Positions 47,318 to 57,481 of a stretch of 64,000 nucleotides of DNA are shown here, in pieces. The notes beneath the pieces were generated by a model. The model did not search any database. It had not been told where the DNA came from and saw only the letters and a program-made list of their open reading frames with translations. Origin of the DNA: an uncultured virus (IMG/VR IMGVR_UViG_3300032245_001228). Taxonomy: Duplodnaviria; Heunggongvirae; Uroviricota; Caudoviricetes. Where the stretch lies: IMG/VR virus record IMGVR_UViG_3300032245_001228; one strand, written 5' to 3'. The translations under genes and the position numbers were made by a program. Numbering within the stretch: position 1 is the stretch's first letter; the number at the start of each line of letters is the position of its first letter.

Positions 47318-48919
47318 ATGTTATATAATGAAATAAAATTAGGTTATCCAGCTTTATGGATTAAATCTACAGAATTTGCCAGAGTAACAGAGCATATTGT
47401 TACTTATGATTTTAGAGATTTTTATACTATTGATTTTGAGTCGGGATTTTCTCAGTATAAAAACGGATCTTGGAAACCAGTATTAGTTACAATGGTTGAT
47501 CCAATGACCAATGAAAGAACTGAAAAAACAACTTTTGATCCTTCTGTATCTTTAGATTATTTGATGAATCTAAAAACTGATCGTCAGGTTACTTTTATTT
47601 TACCAATACTTGGCAAGCCAGACGCAGCACTTCCACCTTATATTGGTTTTATTAGCGCTTTGAATTTTAAGTATCGTCAGAACTTTTGGGCAGATGATAT
47701 TAAAGCCGCTTCAACTCAAATTATATTCCTTTCCTCTACAGACATTCCAGAAGAGTATACTCATATGTTTAAGAACATTGAGTTCTCTTATCCAAATCCC
47801 GAAGAATTAGCAACGATTATTAACCATATCGATACTTCATCTGCTAGTCGTTTTGTTAAACAAGATGAAGTTAAAGATATTGTTCGTGCAGGTCTTGGTC
47901 TTACAGAAGACAAGTTTGTCGATCTTTGCTTGAGATCTATTTTGGAAAACAATCAAGTTAATTCAAAATATATCTATGACCAGAAGATGGCTCATATTAA
48001 ACAAGCAGGCATTCTAGAGATTATTAAGCCAACCATTTCTTTCGACAACATTGGCGGTCTTGATAATATTAAAGATATTATTCAAAGAACAAAACTATTG
48101 TGGGATAACAGACAACAAGCTAAGTCTTTTGGTGTTGTTCCAATTAGAAGAGTTCTTATGGTGGGTGTTCCAGGCACTGGTAAGTCAGCCATTTGTCAAG
48201 CCACCGCACATGAACTTGGTCTTGATTTAGCACGAACTGGCGTTAGCCAAGTTATGAATTCTTTCGTTGGTCAGTCAGAGCAGAACATGCGAGCAGTGTT
48301 CAAGCAGATTAAGATGATGACACCACTTTGTGTTTGGATCGACGAGTTCGGTCGAGATCTTTCAGGTGGTGCTTCTTCTGCTTCCGTAGATGCTGGTACT
48401 ACTGATCGTGTTCATGGTGAATTCTTAACTGGTTTGCAAGAATTACCTGAAGATACCTTCTTGATGTGTGCTGCTAATCAGCTAGATAATCTTCGTCCAG
48501 AGATGCTTCGCGCAGATCGCTTTGACAAGATTGTCTTTGTTGGTCTTCCTTCGTTTAATGAACGTAAAGATATTCTTAAGATATATCTAGGTTCTATTGA
48601 AACTGATCACGAATTTGATTATGATGCAATTGCACATAAGACACAGTTCTTTACTGGTGCAGAACTTGCTGCACTAGTTAGAGAAGTAAAGTTCTTTGTT
48701 GTGTCTTCTGAGCTTCGCGCAATCAATACTAACGATATTGTAAATTATGTTCCGCAAGTTAGAAACATACTTTGGAACAAAAGCAGAGACATGATCAAGG
48801 GTATGTATCAATATGCTCTTGAACAATGGGATTGGGCATCGACAGAACAATTGAATGATGCTAAACTTGTAATAACTGGAAAAACCGCAAATTCTGAAGA
48901 ACTTGCTTGGAAAATATAG
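47318..48919 (+). CDS. AAA+ ATPase (Ycf46-like, degenerate N-terminal module)
   Basis: FDNIGGLD, GVPGTGKS, WIDEFGR, RPEMLRADRFD. Confidence 0.9.
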   Translation: MLYNEIKLGYPALWIKSTEFARVTEHIVTYDFRDFYTIDFESGFSQYKNGSWKPVLVTMVDPMTNERTEKTTFDPSVSLDYLMNLKTDRQVTFILPILGKPDAALPPYIGFISALNFKYRQNFWADDIKAASTQIIFLSSTDIPEEYTHMFKNIEFSYPNPEELATIINHIDTSSASRFVKQDEVKDIVRAGLGLTEDKFVDLCLRSILENNQVNSKYIYDQKMAHIKQAGILEIIKPTISFDNIGGLDNIKDIIQRTKLLWDNRQQAKSFGVVPIRRVLMVGVPGTGKSAICQATAHELGLDLARTGVSQVMNSFVGQSEQNMRAVFKQIKMMTPLCVWIDEFGRDLSGGASSASVDAGTTDRVHGEFLTGLQELPEDTFLMCAANQLDNLRPEMLRADRFDKIVFVGLPSFNERKDILKIYLGSIETDHEFDYDAIAHKTQFFTGAELAALVREVKFFVVSSELRAINTNDIVNYVPQVRNILWNKSRDMIKGMYQYALEQWDWASTEQLNDAKLVITGKTANSEELAWKI

Positions 48920-48927
48920 GAGCTGAA

Positions 48928-49572
48928 ATGTCAGATCAAATAGATTTTGCTAATATTGAAGAATTATTGGAACAAGTAAATATGGATAAAGATACTCCAT
49001 CAAATGCCTCAATCACTGACCCTAAACAATATGACCAAGACCTTTATAAGAAATGGTTCCGTTCAAAGACGCAAAGCGGATTTCTTTCTATTAAGCCTTG
49101 GTATCAAGGTCTTAAGTTTAAATTAGACATTGGTAAAACATCTGCTGATGGAAAACTAATTAGTAGCACTATGGTGTTTGTTGATGCTATTGACTTTGCT
49201 GCATATCTTAGATCAATAGCAAACAATACAGCAACAGTTAATTTTCCAGCCAATGATCGCACTGGAGTGCCAACAGCTGAAGGATTTGTATCCTATGGTG
49301 GCGGCATTATAGACTCAAAGCCAATATCAAGAATCTTTAAATCACATTACTGGCAGAGTAATGAGACATTTGATTCATCTGCTTTCGTATGGAAGTGTGG
49401 TCATTTTGCTGCGCGTAAAAGCGATTCTGGAGCTTTTATTCCAGACATGAAATCACCAGTATCTGTAGACAGTATTAAAGTTACTAGACAGGACATTGTT
49501 ACGATATCATATATGCTAGACTTATCACTAGCATCACACGTGACTAACAATCCAGATTGGTATAATATTTAA
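48928..49572 (+). CDS. Hypothetical protein
   Basis: AGGAG RBS before ATG 48928. Confidence 0.7.
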   Translation: MSDQIDFANIEELLEQVNMDKDTPSNASITDPKQYDQDLYKKWFRSKTQSGFLSIKPWYQGLKFKLDIGKTSADGKLISSTMVFVDAIDFAAYLRSIANNTATVNFPANDRTGVPTAEGFVSYGGGIIDSKPISRIFKSHYWQSNETFDSSAFVWKCGHFAARKSDSGAFIPDMKSPVSVDSIKVTRQDIVTISYMLDLSLASHVTNNPDWYNI

Positions 49573-49573
49573 T

Positions 49574-49954
49574 ATGAGCGATTCAACAGATGTTGGTATA
49601 ATTAAAACTCTTCTCAATGATTTAATTGATGATGTATATAAGAAAATATATAATCATGTTGAAGAGCAGTTTAAAGAGATTCACAAAAAGATAGAATCTT
49701 ATGAACAGCAGATAGCAACCATAGTATTAGCTTATGGTGAACAGGCTGTTTTCATGGAAGCTTTAGTTGGTCAGATAGCATTTGCTTCTAAGGAAGCTCA
49801 AGATGCTTTTCAAGAACAGTTAACTAAAGGTCGCAAACAAATGTTAGAGGTAATGAATGACGCATCCGCAGGATTTGTGGCCGACCAAGATCCAGGACTT
49901 GGAAAAGCCATTGGCGATTTGGCTAAAGAAAAGCTATCTAACACAGATCAATGA
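49574..49954 (+). CDS. Coiled-coil hypothetical protein
   Basis: Operon packing. Confidence 0.65.
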   Translation: MSDSTDVGIIKTLLNDLIDDVYKKIYNHVEEQFKEIHKKIESYEQQIATIVLAYGEQAVFMEALVGQIAFASKEAQDAFQEQLTKGRKQMLEVMNDASAGFVADQDPGLGKAIGDLAKEKLSNTDQ

Positions 49955-50144
49955 TAACGAATGTGTTCTGTTTGTAGATAAACAGAATTATTTATTATTA
50001 CAGAACATAACTTATTTTTCTAAAGTCTATGCTTTAGTTAAATCAATCTGTCCTACATTCAAATCACTGCATATGGTTGAGAGCAGTCTGCTCCACTTCC
50101 TAAGACAATCTAAACTTGAACTATATTCAATCGAGGTAAACTAA
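49857..50144 (+). CDS. Hypothetical protein (start uncertain)
   Basis: Fills gap to 50144; overlaps previous gene. Confidence 0.45.
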   Translation: MTHPQDLWPTKIQDLEKPLAIWLKKSYLTQINDNECVLFVDKQNYLLLQNITYFSKVYALVKSICPTFKSLHMVESSLLHFLRQSKLELYSIEVN

Positions 50145-50815
50145 TGCTTGTAACACATCTTCGGACTGAGTCTGATTTTAATTCTTTTTGGAATGAATCA
50201 ATTCCTCAACTACACGGAGCAGTAAGACTCACTTCTTCATTGTATGTATTGTGGAAGTTTAAACGGATTGATCTAATTAAAGCTCATGTTGAAAATGACA
50301 TAGACATTCTAAATTATGTAGAACAGATTTCTGGAGCAAATAAAGAAGAATATATTGAGATAGTCAATGCTTATAATTCTTTGTATGCTGATAAAGAACT
50401 ATATGTTTATCCATACAGCTCTACCAAGTTGTTTAATCATATGTTTAAGAATGTTCTTCCATCAGCTCAAGAACCATTATATAACTATATTTGTTCTTCT
50501 TTGCCTGGTCCAATCTTTGACAAATATGATTCTTCTTCTTTGACTAGTTTTAAGTCTTGTATATTATCTCAGTACAACATTTCTGATCAAGATCTTGATC
50601 TCTTAAATAAGAATGTATTTTGGCATGTTGATTCTGATTTTGACATGTCTGTCAGTTTAAAGAACTTTACCTCTTATGTTCAGAATTTATCTGACGACAA
50701 CAAGGCCTATCAAAAGTATGTTGAAGAACTAGAGTTAAAAGTATCTACACTCATTGAGCACATTGATACTCAAGCAAAAGAAGGCCTCAACGGATACTTG
50801 TTGAGCTGGCACTAA
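50144..50815 (+). CDS. Hypothetical protein
   Basis: GAGG RBS; TAATG overlap. Confidence 0.7.
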   Translation: MLVTHLRTESDFNSFWNESIPQLHGAVRLTSSLYVLWKFKRIDLIKAHVENDIDILNYVEQISGANKEEYIEIVNAYNSLYADKELYVYPYSSTKLFNHMFKNVLPSAQEPLYNYICSSLPGPIFDKYDSSSLTSFKSCILSQYNISDQDLDLLNKNVFWHVDSDFDMSVSLKNFTSYVQNLSDDNKAYQKYVEELELKVSTLIEHIDTQAKEGLNGYLLSWH

Positions 50816-50838
50816 TATAATAAAATACAAGGAGCATT

Positions 50839-51702
50839 ATGGCTGTTATACACGAAAGCACGTTTGATACACGGTATTTTCAAGTTAAAATTAATAAAGA
50901 AGATACTGTTAATTTATTCATACACAATAGTGATGATGTTCCAAAAAACAAAGTTGTTTATGACTTCTTTGCATCTGGAGCACTTTACATTAATCTTCCT
51001 AATAATTATACTTTGCTATCTGCTAACGACAGCATGCAAACAATTTATCGGAATTATATTCTTCCTGATAACTCTTCTGCTTTTATCAAGAATCCTAATT
51101 ATGGAATAATTACTCCTCCTTGGACTGAAAGATACAAACAGGGCTCTCTTGATGGTTGGATCTTTGATATTTCTATTTTATTTAATATAGAGATGAACAA
51201 TTCTTTTATTCCTATATGCAAGCACTATACTGGATTTTTGCCAGGTGGGAAGAAAGTTGTTTCTCCAAATTATCATTTTGCCAATGAGTCTTCTTTAAAC
51301 TCAATATGTTCAAATGATAAAGTTTACGCCAACAAATTTACTCCACATGGCTGTATGTATTCTCAAGGAACAGCAAACTCTAACTTCTCTTTGTGTCCTT
51401 TTTATGAATATCAATATGATGTTATTGAGTCATTTGTTGTTGATTTAAATACTTCTAAAGAAAAGACTTTTGAGTTAAGATATATTAAGAGTTCTAATCA
51501 AGCTATCTATGAAGTATTTGATGTGTCTTTAAATCAAATAAATTATTCTTCGCTTTCAGAAGATACTCCTGAATCATTAGAATCAATAAAATTAGTTTTT
51601 AAAGAAATCGTTAGTTCTTACAACTCTTTTGAACTTAATCAAAATAAAGATGAAGTTGTATCTAATCCTGATAAAAAAAGCTATATTCTATCTTTGGTCT
51701 GA
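50839..51702 (+). CDS. Hypothetical protein
   Basis: AAGGAG RBS. Confidence 0.7.
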   Translation: MAVIHESTFDTRYFQVKINKEDTVNLFIHNSDDVPKNKVVYDFFASGALYINLPNNYTLLSANDSMQTIYRNYILPDNSSAFIKNPNYGIITPPWTERYKQGSLDGWIFDISILFNIEMNNSFIPICKHYTGFLPGGKKVVSPNYHFANESSLNSICSNDKVYANKFTPHGCMYSQGTANSNFSLCPFYEYQYDVIESFVVDLNTSKEKTFELRYIKSSNQAIYEVFDVSLNQINYSSLSEDTPESLESIKLVFKEIVSSYNSFELNQNKDEVVSNPDKKSYILSLV

Positions 51703-51708
51703 GGTTTT

Positions 51709-53223
51709 ATGTCAAACAGATATGGCAACCGTAAAGTTGCCCAAATAAACTCCAACAACATCTCTGTATATGATGTTGAAATTTTTAGAGAGTCTTCTAC
51801 TTATAGAAATTTTGTTGGTAAATATGAAAACTTTATAGGGACATCTTATAATAAGCTTCTTACTTTATCTTATACTAATTTAGGATCAGTTAGCAATAAT
51901 GATTTTTATGCTTTAAAGAATAAGAATCTTTCTAATCATGCTAAAGATTTTGTTTATCCAATGGCTGTAAGATATATTTCTAATAAGAATACATATATTA
52001 TAGAGCGTCCTCCTTTTAGATTGAACATTGATTACAGACAGGGCACTGCATACTCTAATGCTGGAAAGTTTCCTGAACTATCTATGTGGGTTCCTTGGAC
52101 TGTGATGGTTTTTAATGGAGCTGAAATTGCTTCTGGTGAATTTAACAATGTTAAACTTTATTTTAATGATGGCCCTATAGAATCTTTAGATGATATTTTA
52201 ATTACCTCTTTTTATCCTAATTCTTATGGCGATGCTAGGATATGTTACAGTGGTTCTTTGAGCGACTTTAATAATGTTTTATCTTTACGCGAATTTGAAA
52301 ATGGAAATATATCATATATTTATAATTATATATTTAATAATTATATGATGGGTGGCTGGAACAGTGATTTGGATTCTTATCTACCAACTAAATTCTACAG
52401 AGCCGTTGTTGCAAATAGGACATCACAACCTGCTAATGTTCGTAAATCTTTTCCTATGTTAGAACTTTTCGTTGATCCAAAACAAGATGAAGATTTCTAT
52501 AAAAAAATTGCTTCTAGCGTACCAAAGGTTCTATTTAATAAGCTAAAGAAAATGTTTAGCAAAGATACATTTAGTTACATTCATAATTCTCTTTCTAAAG
52601 AAAAAATGTTTAGTCGTAACTTTTTAATATTTTCTGCTTTTTCTTTAGAGCAAAAAATTAACTTAATTTCTGAGCTTAAAGAAATTGTTTCTACTAATTA
52701 TTTAGGCAGTGAGCATGCTGCTAATAAAAATTCATATACTTTAAGATCGATCATTGAAAAGATGGATCGTTCTGTTGAAGATCTTTCTTCTGATAATACT
52801 TCTATAACTTCTTTATTGAAACAATCAGAAGGACTTCCAGTTCAGTTAGATTATAAAGTTATTAATATAGATCTTTATGTTAAGAATCCTCCCATGTTTT
52901 TTAACGAACAAGCACTTGAAGCAATAATTCAAATGGATAAATGGATACTGATTAATGATATTATTCTTGATAATATTAAATCGAATGATCCTCCTATTGC
53001 AATAGAATATGATTATGCTAATCATTCTTTTGATGTAATAGTCCAGTACTCCCAACGAGAATATTTTTCTGTTCTTTTTAATGATATTTTAACTAAGTAT
53101 CAAGAACGCATAAACGCTGATCCAGATGCTAAAAATTTAGCTTCTCGTATAACAATTTCATTCTTTGAAGATATTATTAAAAATGGTTTAGATACTTATT
53201 TAAATAATTTAGAAAGAGTTTAA
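51709..53223 (+). CDS. Divergent E2-D-like paralog
   Basis: IIERPP, WVPWTV, YPNSYGDARIC align with neighbouring paralogs. Confidence 0.5.
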   Translation: MSNRYGNRKVAQINSNNISVYDVEIFRESSTYRNFVGKYENFIGTSYNKLLTLSYTNLGSVSNNDFYALKNKNLSNHAKDFVYPMAVRYISNKNTYIIERPPFRLNIDYRQGTAYSNAGKFPELSMWVPWTVMVFNGAEIASGEFNNVKLYFNDGPIESLDDILITSFYPNSYGDARICYSGSLSDFNNVLSLREFENGNISYIYNYIFNNYMMGGWNSDLDSYLPTKFYRAVVANRTSQPANVRKSFPMLELFVDPKQDEDFYKKIASSVPKVLFNKLKKMFSKDTFSYIHNSLSKEKMFSRNFLIFSAFSLEQKINLISELKEIVSTNYLGSEHAANKNSYTLRSIIEKMDRSVEDLSSDNTSITSLLKQSEGLPVQLDYKVINIDLYVKNPPMFFNEQALEAIIQMDKWILINDIILDNIKSNDPPIAIEYDYANHSFDVIVQYSQREYFSVLFNDILTKYQERINADPDAKNLASRITISFFEDIIKNGLDTYLNNLERV

Positions 53224-53227
53224 TATC

Positions 53228-54451
53228 ATGGATACTGATTTATATAATATAATTCAATCAAACTTAGCCTCTAAAGGCATAGAGAGCTTATCAGCTAAAA
53301 CTAGTTCTACTGTTCTTTTACATGAACATATACCTTATACTAGTTATTACTTTAATAACAATCAAAGAGAAGAATCTGGTTCTTATATTAAAGTTGTTGA
53401 TGATTATCAAAACGAAAGAATCATTACTAATGATACCGCTTTGGATTTGATTAATAATTACTTTTCTTGTCTTGATCCAGTTAAAAACTTGAATCGTGAT
53501 ACTGGTATTCTTCCTCCTGGCGTTAAAATGATAGGTGACAACTATGTTGTCTATGAAAAGCCACCAACTTTTAAGAATGTATTTTATTACAATGCAGAGA
53601 GAGATTCTGTACTTGATACTCCAGAATCGATGAGTGCTAATCTAACTATTGCAAGAATACCAATTCCTTGGCAATTGTATGTTGCAAAATTTAATCAAGC
53701 TTATTATGTATATGAAGTTTCTATGTTCTTTATGAACACAAGTTTGCTTTCTGTTGATCAGCCTTTATATTTGCCACCATTGCCTAACTTTTACACTAAT
53801 GCTACTCTTTGTCCTCCAATCATGGACAACATGGAAGATGTAGATCGTTATTCTAAGGATGTTTCTGGAATAATTGCTAGTTCTTATGATTGGGTTTGGA
53901 ACTCAGGATCTAATCATGATTTGACTGAGGCATGTTTGCACGTGGCTAGACAGCTTAAGAAAGACGAATCCATACTTCGCAATATGCCTGACGATATATA
54001 CACAAAATACTTTAACGGCTTTTCTGTATCTAGGTATGCTGCTAATGTTTCTCAAGTAACTCTTATGTTAAAGGCTTGGGAAGAATTTAGTTTGCAAGAT
54101 GTTTGCGAAATGAAGTGGCCAAATACATCTGGTGAATATAAGAACTTTAGAAGTGATCATTCTAGCGTAACTGAACATTCTAATTTTTATGATCATCTAG
54201 AACAGTATCTCATTGAGCATGGTAACGACGCTGAAGACATTCATTATATTATTGAAGAAGGCGATTATGATGGCGACGACTATCTTCAATGGGTTGTTAA
54301 CAATAATCTTATTTCTGTAGAAAAACCATGGTTGACTACATATACTTACCAGACTATTCTTGATATCATAATTAGACAAATTACTGCTGAATTAAGAATA
54401 AACTTAACCAATTATAAGAAAGATGTTTATTCATTAGTGAATTTTAGTTGA
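53228..54451 (+). CDS. E2-D-like paralog
   Basis: DTGILPPG, YEKPP, IPWQLY, LYLPPLPNFYTNATLC, NHDLTE. Confidence 0.55.
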   Translation: MDTDLYNIIQSNLASKGIESLSAKTSSTVLLHEHIPYTSYYFNNNQREESGSYIKVVDDYQNERIITNDTALDLINNYFSCLDPVKNLNRDTGILPPGVKMIGDNYVVYEKPPTFKNVFYYNAERDSVLDTPESMSANLTIARIPIPWQLYVAKFNQAYYVYEVSMFFMNTSLLSVDQPLYLPPLPNFYTNATLCPPIMDNMEDVDRYSKDVSGIIASSYDWVWNSGSNHDLTEACLHVARQLKKDESILRNMPDDIYTKYFNGFSVSRYAANVSQVTLMLKAWEEFSLQDVCEMKWPNTSGEYKNFRSDHSSVTEHSNFYDHLEQYLIEHGNDAEDIHYIIEEGDYDGDDYLQWVVNNNLISVEKPWLTTYTYQTILDIIIRQITAELRINLTNYKKDVYSLVNFS

Positions 54452-54511
54452 CATTGTTCTTGTCTTCTGATACTATATTATCATATATAAACTTAAATAA
54501 AGGTAGATAAA

Positions 54512-54808
54512 ATGTCCCGCAATTCCATCACTGAACCTATATTTAATAGGTCAGAAGTTGCGCAGATACTTAATGTCTCTACACTAACTATCTCCAACAG
54601 AGAAAAAAATAATAAGTATCCTAAGCCAAGAAGAGATTTAAACAATTATAGAATATATACTCTTAACGACGTGTTTAATCTCCAATTAATAACTTATAAT
54701 CATATCGATCCTAAACCTATTATTTCAATAATGTATGATAAAGGGTTTGATGATGTCAAACAACTTGGTAAGATGATTGACGCAGCACTATCAAGAAGGA
54801 CTCAATAA
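54512..54808 (+). CDS. MerR-type HTH protein
   Basis: RSEVAQILNVSTLTISNRE...PKPRRDLNNYRIYT. Confidence 0.8.
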   Translation: MSRNSITEPIFNRSEVAQILNVSTLTISNREKNNKYPKPRRDLNNYRIYTLNDVFNLQLITYNHIDPKPIISIMYDKGFDDVKQLGKMIDAALSRRTQ

Positions 54809-54809
54809 T

Positions 54810-55052
54810 ATGATAGAAGATGATAACGATCCAAAGATTGACAGCTTAGTTGAGCAAGTCGACGAAAACGTTTCTACGGACACAACCATTGATTTAAAAA
54901 ATGGTATATATAATTTGTTTGTTTCACTTTTTAATAACCTAGTAATTGACTACGGACCAACTCAAGCTGTACACTTATCTACGCAGTTTCTAGATGAGAT
55001 ATCAACTAATTTCAAACAGATCCTTAATAACAATACAGAAAGTAAGGAATAA
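54810..55052 (+). CDS. Hypothetical protein
   Basis: AAGGA RBS before ATG 54810. Confidence 0.6.
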   Translation: MIEDDNDPKIDSLVEQVDENVSTDTTIDLKNGIYNLFVSLFNNLVIDYGPTQAVHLSTQFLDEISTNFKQILNNNTESKE

Positions 55053-55056
55053 CACT

Positions 55057-55488
55057 ATGATAGACCCACGTAATTTACTTAATCTTACCGGTGGAGTTGT
55101 AACCGATGTAGAATTGGTTAATGACAAAATCGCTAAATTCAGACTTGCAGTAGACTATGCAGGATCTGAAAAAGGATCAGACAATACATCAGGTTACTTT
55201 GATGTTGTTTATTACCTTAAGGATCAATCTGGATTTACAAGCAAGAACGCAACCTTCATTCATGGTCAAGTAAAAGCTGACAAGATTAAGAAGGGTGCAA
55301 AACTCCAAATTGTTGGACGCTTAGTTCAAGAAAGATGGAAGCAAGACGATCAAAACAAGAATCGTGTTGTTGTAGTTGCAGAGCATATTTCGTATGCAGC
55401 AACTGCTGGAGCCCAAGGAGCTAAGACAGCTTCCACTGGAACATCGACTGAAACAGAGACACAGAATTCTGTACCAGACAGCTTCTAA
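55057..55488 (+). CDS. ssb: Single-stranded DNA-binding protein
   Basis: AKFRLAVD, YFDVV, KKGAKLQIVGRLVQERW. Confidence 0.85.
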   Translation: MIDPRNLLNLTGGVVTDVELVNDKIAKFRLAVDYAGSEKGSDNTSGYFDVVYYLKDQSGFTSKNATFIHGQVKADKIKKGAKLQIVGRLVQERWKQDDQNKNRVVVVAEHISYAATAGAQGAKTASTGTSTETETQNSVPDSF

Positions 55489-56237
55489 TGGAAGAGTTTA
55501 GCGAAGAGTTATTAAACTCTTTAATAGAAGAGGCTCTGAATGAAAAGGGGGAGAGTCTATTAAGACCAGCCTCAGGAATGTACTTGTCTTTTAGTGAGAC
55601 AGATTTATTAAATTTGACTTACGAATACATGTCAAAGCATCTTCCTGAATCTGAACTTAATAAGGTTTTTCAAGAGTTTCGTTCAGAGCTTACTTCTAGA
55701 AAAATTGCAATGGCAGTTAAAGAGTTGCATACGGTAACTCATAATTGTAATAAGTGCAATATACAAGCACGCGCAGAACTTCCTAAATGGAATGTTACCG
55801 ACCCAGATGCAGTTATAATTGTTGATTCTCCTTCAATAGAACCTGAAGCCATATCATTTATGGTTGAATCAATTAAACAAGCTGGATTTAAATCGTCTGA
55901 TCTCTGCCTTACTTATGTCAATAGATGCCCTAAGTTTGGCAAGTATGATAATAAAGAGATAATTAATTGTTCTCCATATTTACATACTGAGATCCAAATT
56001 TTAAATCCTAAACTTATAATTACCATGGGTGGTTTGCCCGCATCTGCTATATTTGCAACTGATATAAAAATAAAAGAATACCGAGGAAATATTACTTGGC
56101 TTGGTTATTGGCCAGTAATGCCAACTTATTCTCCCGGTTATGTTTTAAAGTCCGGCGCAACTGCAATGGAACAATTTAAATCTGATATAGTTCAAGCCTA
56201 TCAGTTCATACATCCTGTTAAGAAGGAAATAAGCTAA
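55488..56237 (+). CDS. Uracil-DNA glycosylase family 4-like protein
   Basis: CNKC, TYVNRCP, CSPYLHTEIQILNPKLIITMG, PTYSPGY; catalytic motifs divergent. Confidence 0.75.
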   Translation: MEEFSEELLNSLIEEALNEKGESLLRPASGMYLSFSETDLLNLTYEYMSKHLPESELNKVFQEFRSELTSRKIAMAVKELHTVTHNCNKCNIQARAELPKWNVTDPDAVIIVDSPSIEPEAISFMVESIKQAGFKSSDLCLTYVNRCPKFGKYDNKEIINCSPYLHTEIQILNPKLIITMGGLPASAIFATDIKIKEYRGNITWLGYWPVMPTYSPGYVLKSGATAMEQFKSDIVQAYQFIHPVKKEIS

Positions 56238-56632
56238 TGAATGAAGCATTTTATACGCATTCTCTAATCTCTGATTTGAGCAGCGCGCACCTAGCTAAGT
56301 TTGAAGAACTTGTATTAAAAGAAGTCAAGAGTAGCGTCACTGAAGAAGAGACTGCAATTCTTAAATCAAGTCTTGATCTTTGGTTGTACACTCTTTCTTC
56401 CATAAGAAGAAATGTTGAGTACAGTCTTTCTTCAAGAAACTCTAATAGAAAATCAACTATCTCCGATATGATTTCTAAGGGTGTTTCTGATGCCGAGCTA
56501 TCTAGCTACAAAAAGACAGAGTCGGAGTGGAGAGTCAATGCTATTAAGTTTCTTTCTACGATTGAAAAAAAAACATTGTATGTTAAACTTTTGATGAAAG
56601 AAGAAAGAAAGTTTTCCCAGATAAACTACTAA
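56237..56632 (+). CDS. Hypothetical protein
   Basis: TAATG overlap. Confidence 0.65.
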   Translation: MNEAFYTHSLISDLSSAHLAKFEELVLKEVKSSVTEEETAILKSSLDLWLYTLSSIRRNVEYSLSSRNSNRKSTISDMISKGVSDAELSSYKKTESEWRVNAIKFLSTIEKKTLYVKLLMKEERKFSQINY

Positions 56633-56633
56633 T

Positions 56634-57086
56634 ATGAAACCTATAGTCCATTCTCCTTCATCTCTATATTTTATAGATGCTACCTTAGATGAAAGCGATT
56701 CATTTGCCGTAGTCTCAAATTATGCTGAAGTGTTTCCTTTTTCTTATCATTACTCCGCTAAGGATTATGGGCTAGAAACTATTATTGATGTAGCAACTAC
56801 TTTTTCTGTTCTACACGGTAGAGTATATTTAGGTTCTAGCATATCTTTTGACCAGACAATTAATTCTACTGTACCTATAGATGTTTTAAGATATAAGATG
56901 TTATCTGATGGTTCCTGGTATACTACAAGTTCTGTTCCCGGAACTCATAAAGAAGGTTATATTGTAGAAGGCGCAATGTGGTCTAATGGTTTCTATCATT
57001 TAACCAGAGAAGAAAAATCTAAACAAATACTTGATATACATTTATTCATAGATCAAATGACAAAGGATTTGTACAAATACTCATGA
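56634..57086 (+). CDS. Hypothetical protein
   Basis: Operon packing. Confidence 0.65.
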   Translation: MKPIVHSPSSLYFIDATLDESDSFAVVSNYAEVFPFSYHYSAKDYGLETIIDVATTFSVLHGRVYLGSSISFDQTINSTVPIDVLRYKMLSDGSWYTTSSVPGTHKEGYIVEGAMWSNGFYHLTREEKSKQILDIHLFIDQMTKDLYKYS

Positions 57087-57367
57087 CAATTAAAACAGCT
57101 TTTTACCGGGATAGTTCTTTTATAACCAACGTTAGTTGGGATGATGATACTGAATTTTTATTAGTTAAATTTAATTCTGGAACAACTTGGATTTATTACG
57201 GTGTATCTCAGGATGTATATAATCGTTTAATTAAGTCCATCTCTGTTGGAGAGTATTTTAATAAAAATATTCGCAACAAGTTTGAATCAGTAAGATTAAA
57301 TTATCCAGTTAAGGATTTAACAGATGTCAAAAAAGAAGACCAAAAACAAGTACAAAAACAAAACTAA
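57083..57367 (+). CDS. KTSC-domain protein
   Basis: SSFI..V.WD....L.VKFNSG...YYGV...Y..L....SVGEYFNKNIR. Confidence 0.85.
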   Translation: MTIKTAFYRDSSFITNVSWDDDTEFLLVKFNSGTTWIYYGVSQDVYNRLIKSISVGEYFNKNIRNKFESVRLNYPVKDLTDVKKEDQKQVQKQN

Positions 57368-57481
57368 ACAGAAATCTTATTCTTATAGTTATGCTAGCCC
57401 TAAGGATATAGATAAATTAGCTTTGCAAGTTTTTGGCTCATATTACTACACTCAGTCCGATAAATCTGATATAATGGACGC

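Noticed and set aside
49857..49954. Third +1 ORF overlap as another quadruplet site
   Set aside because: No CGGA in the overlap; an independent ATG or TTG start explains it
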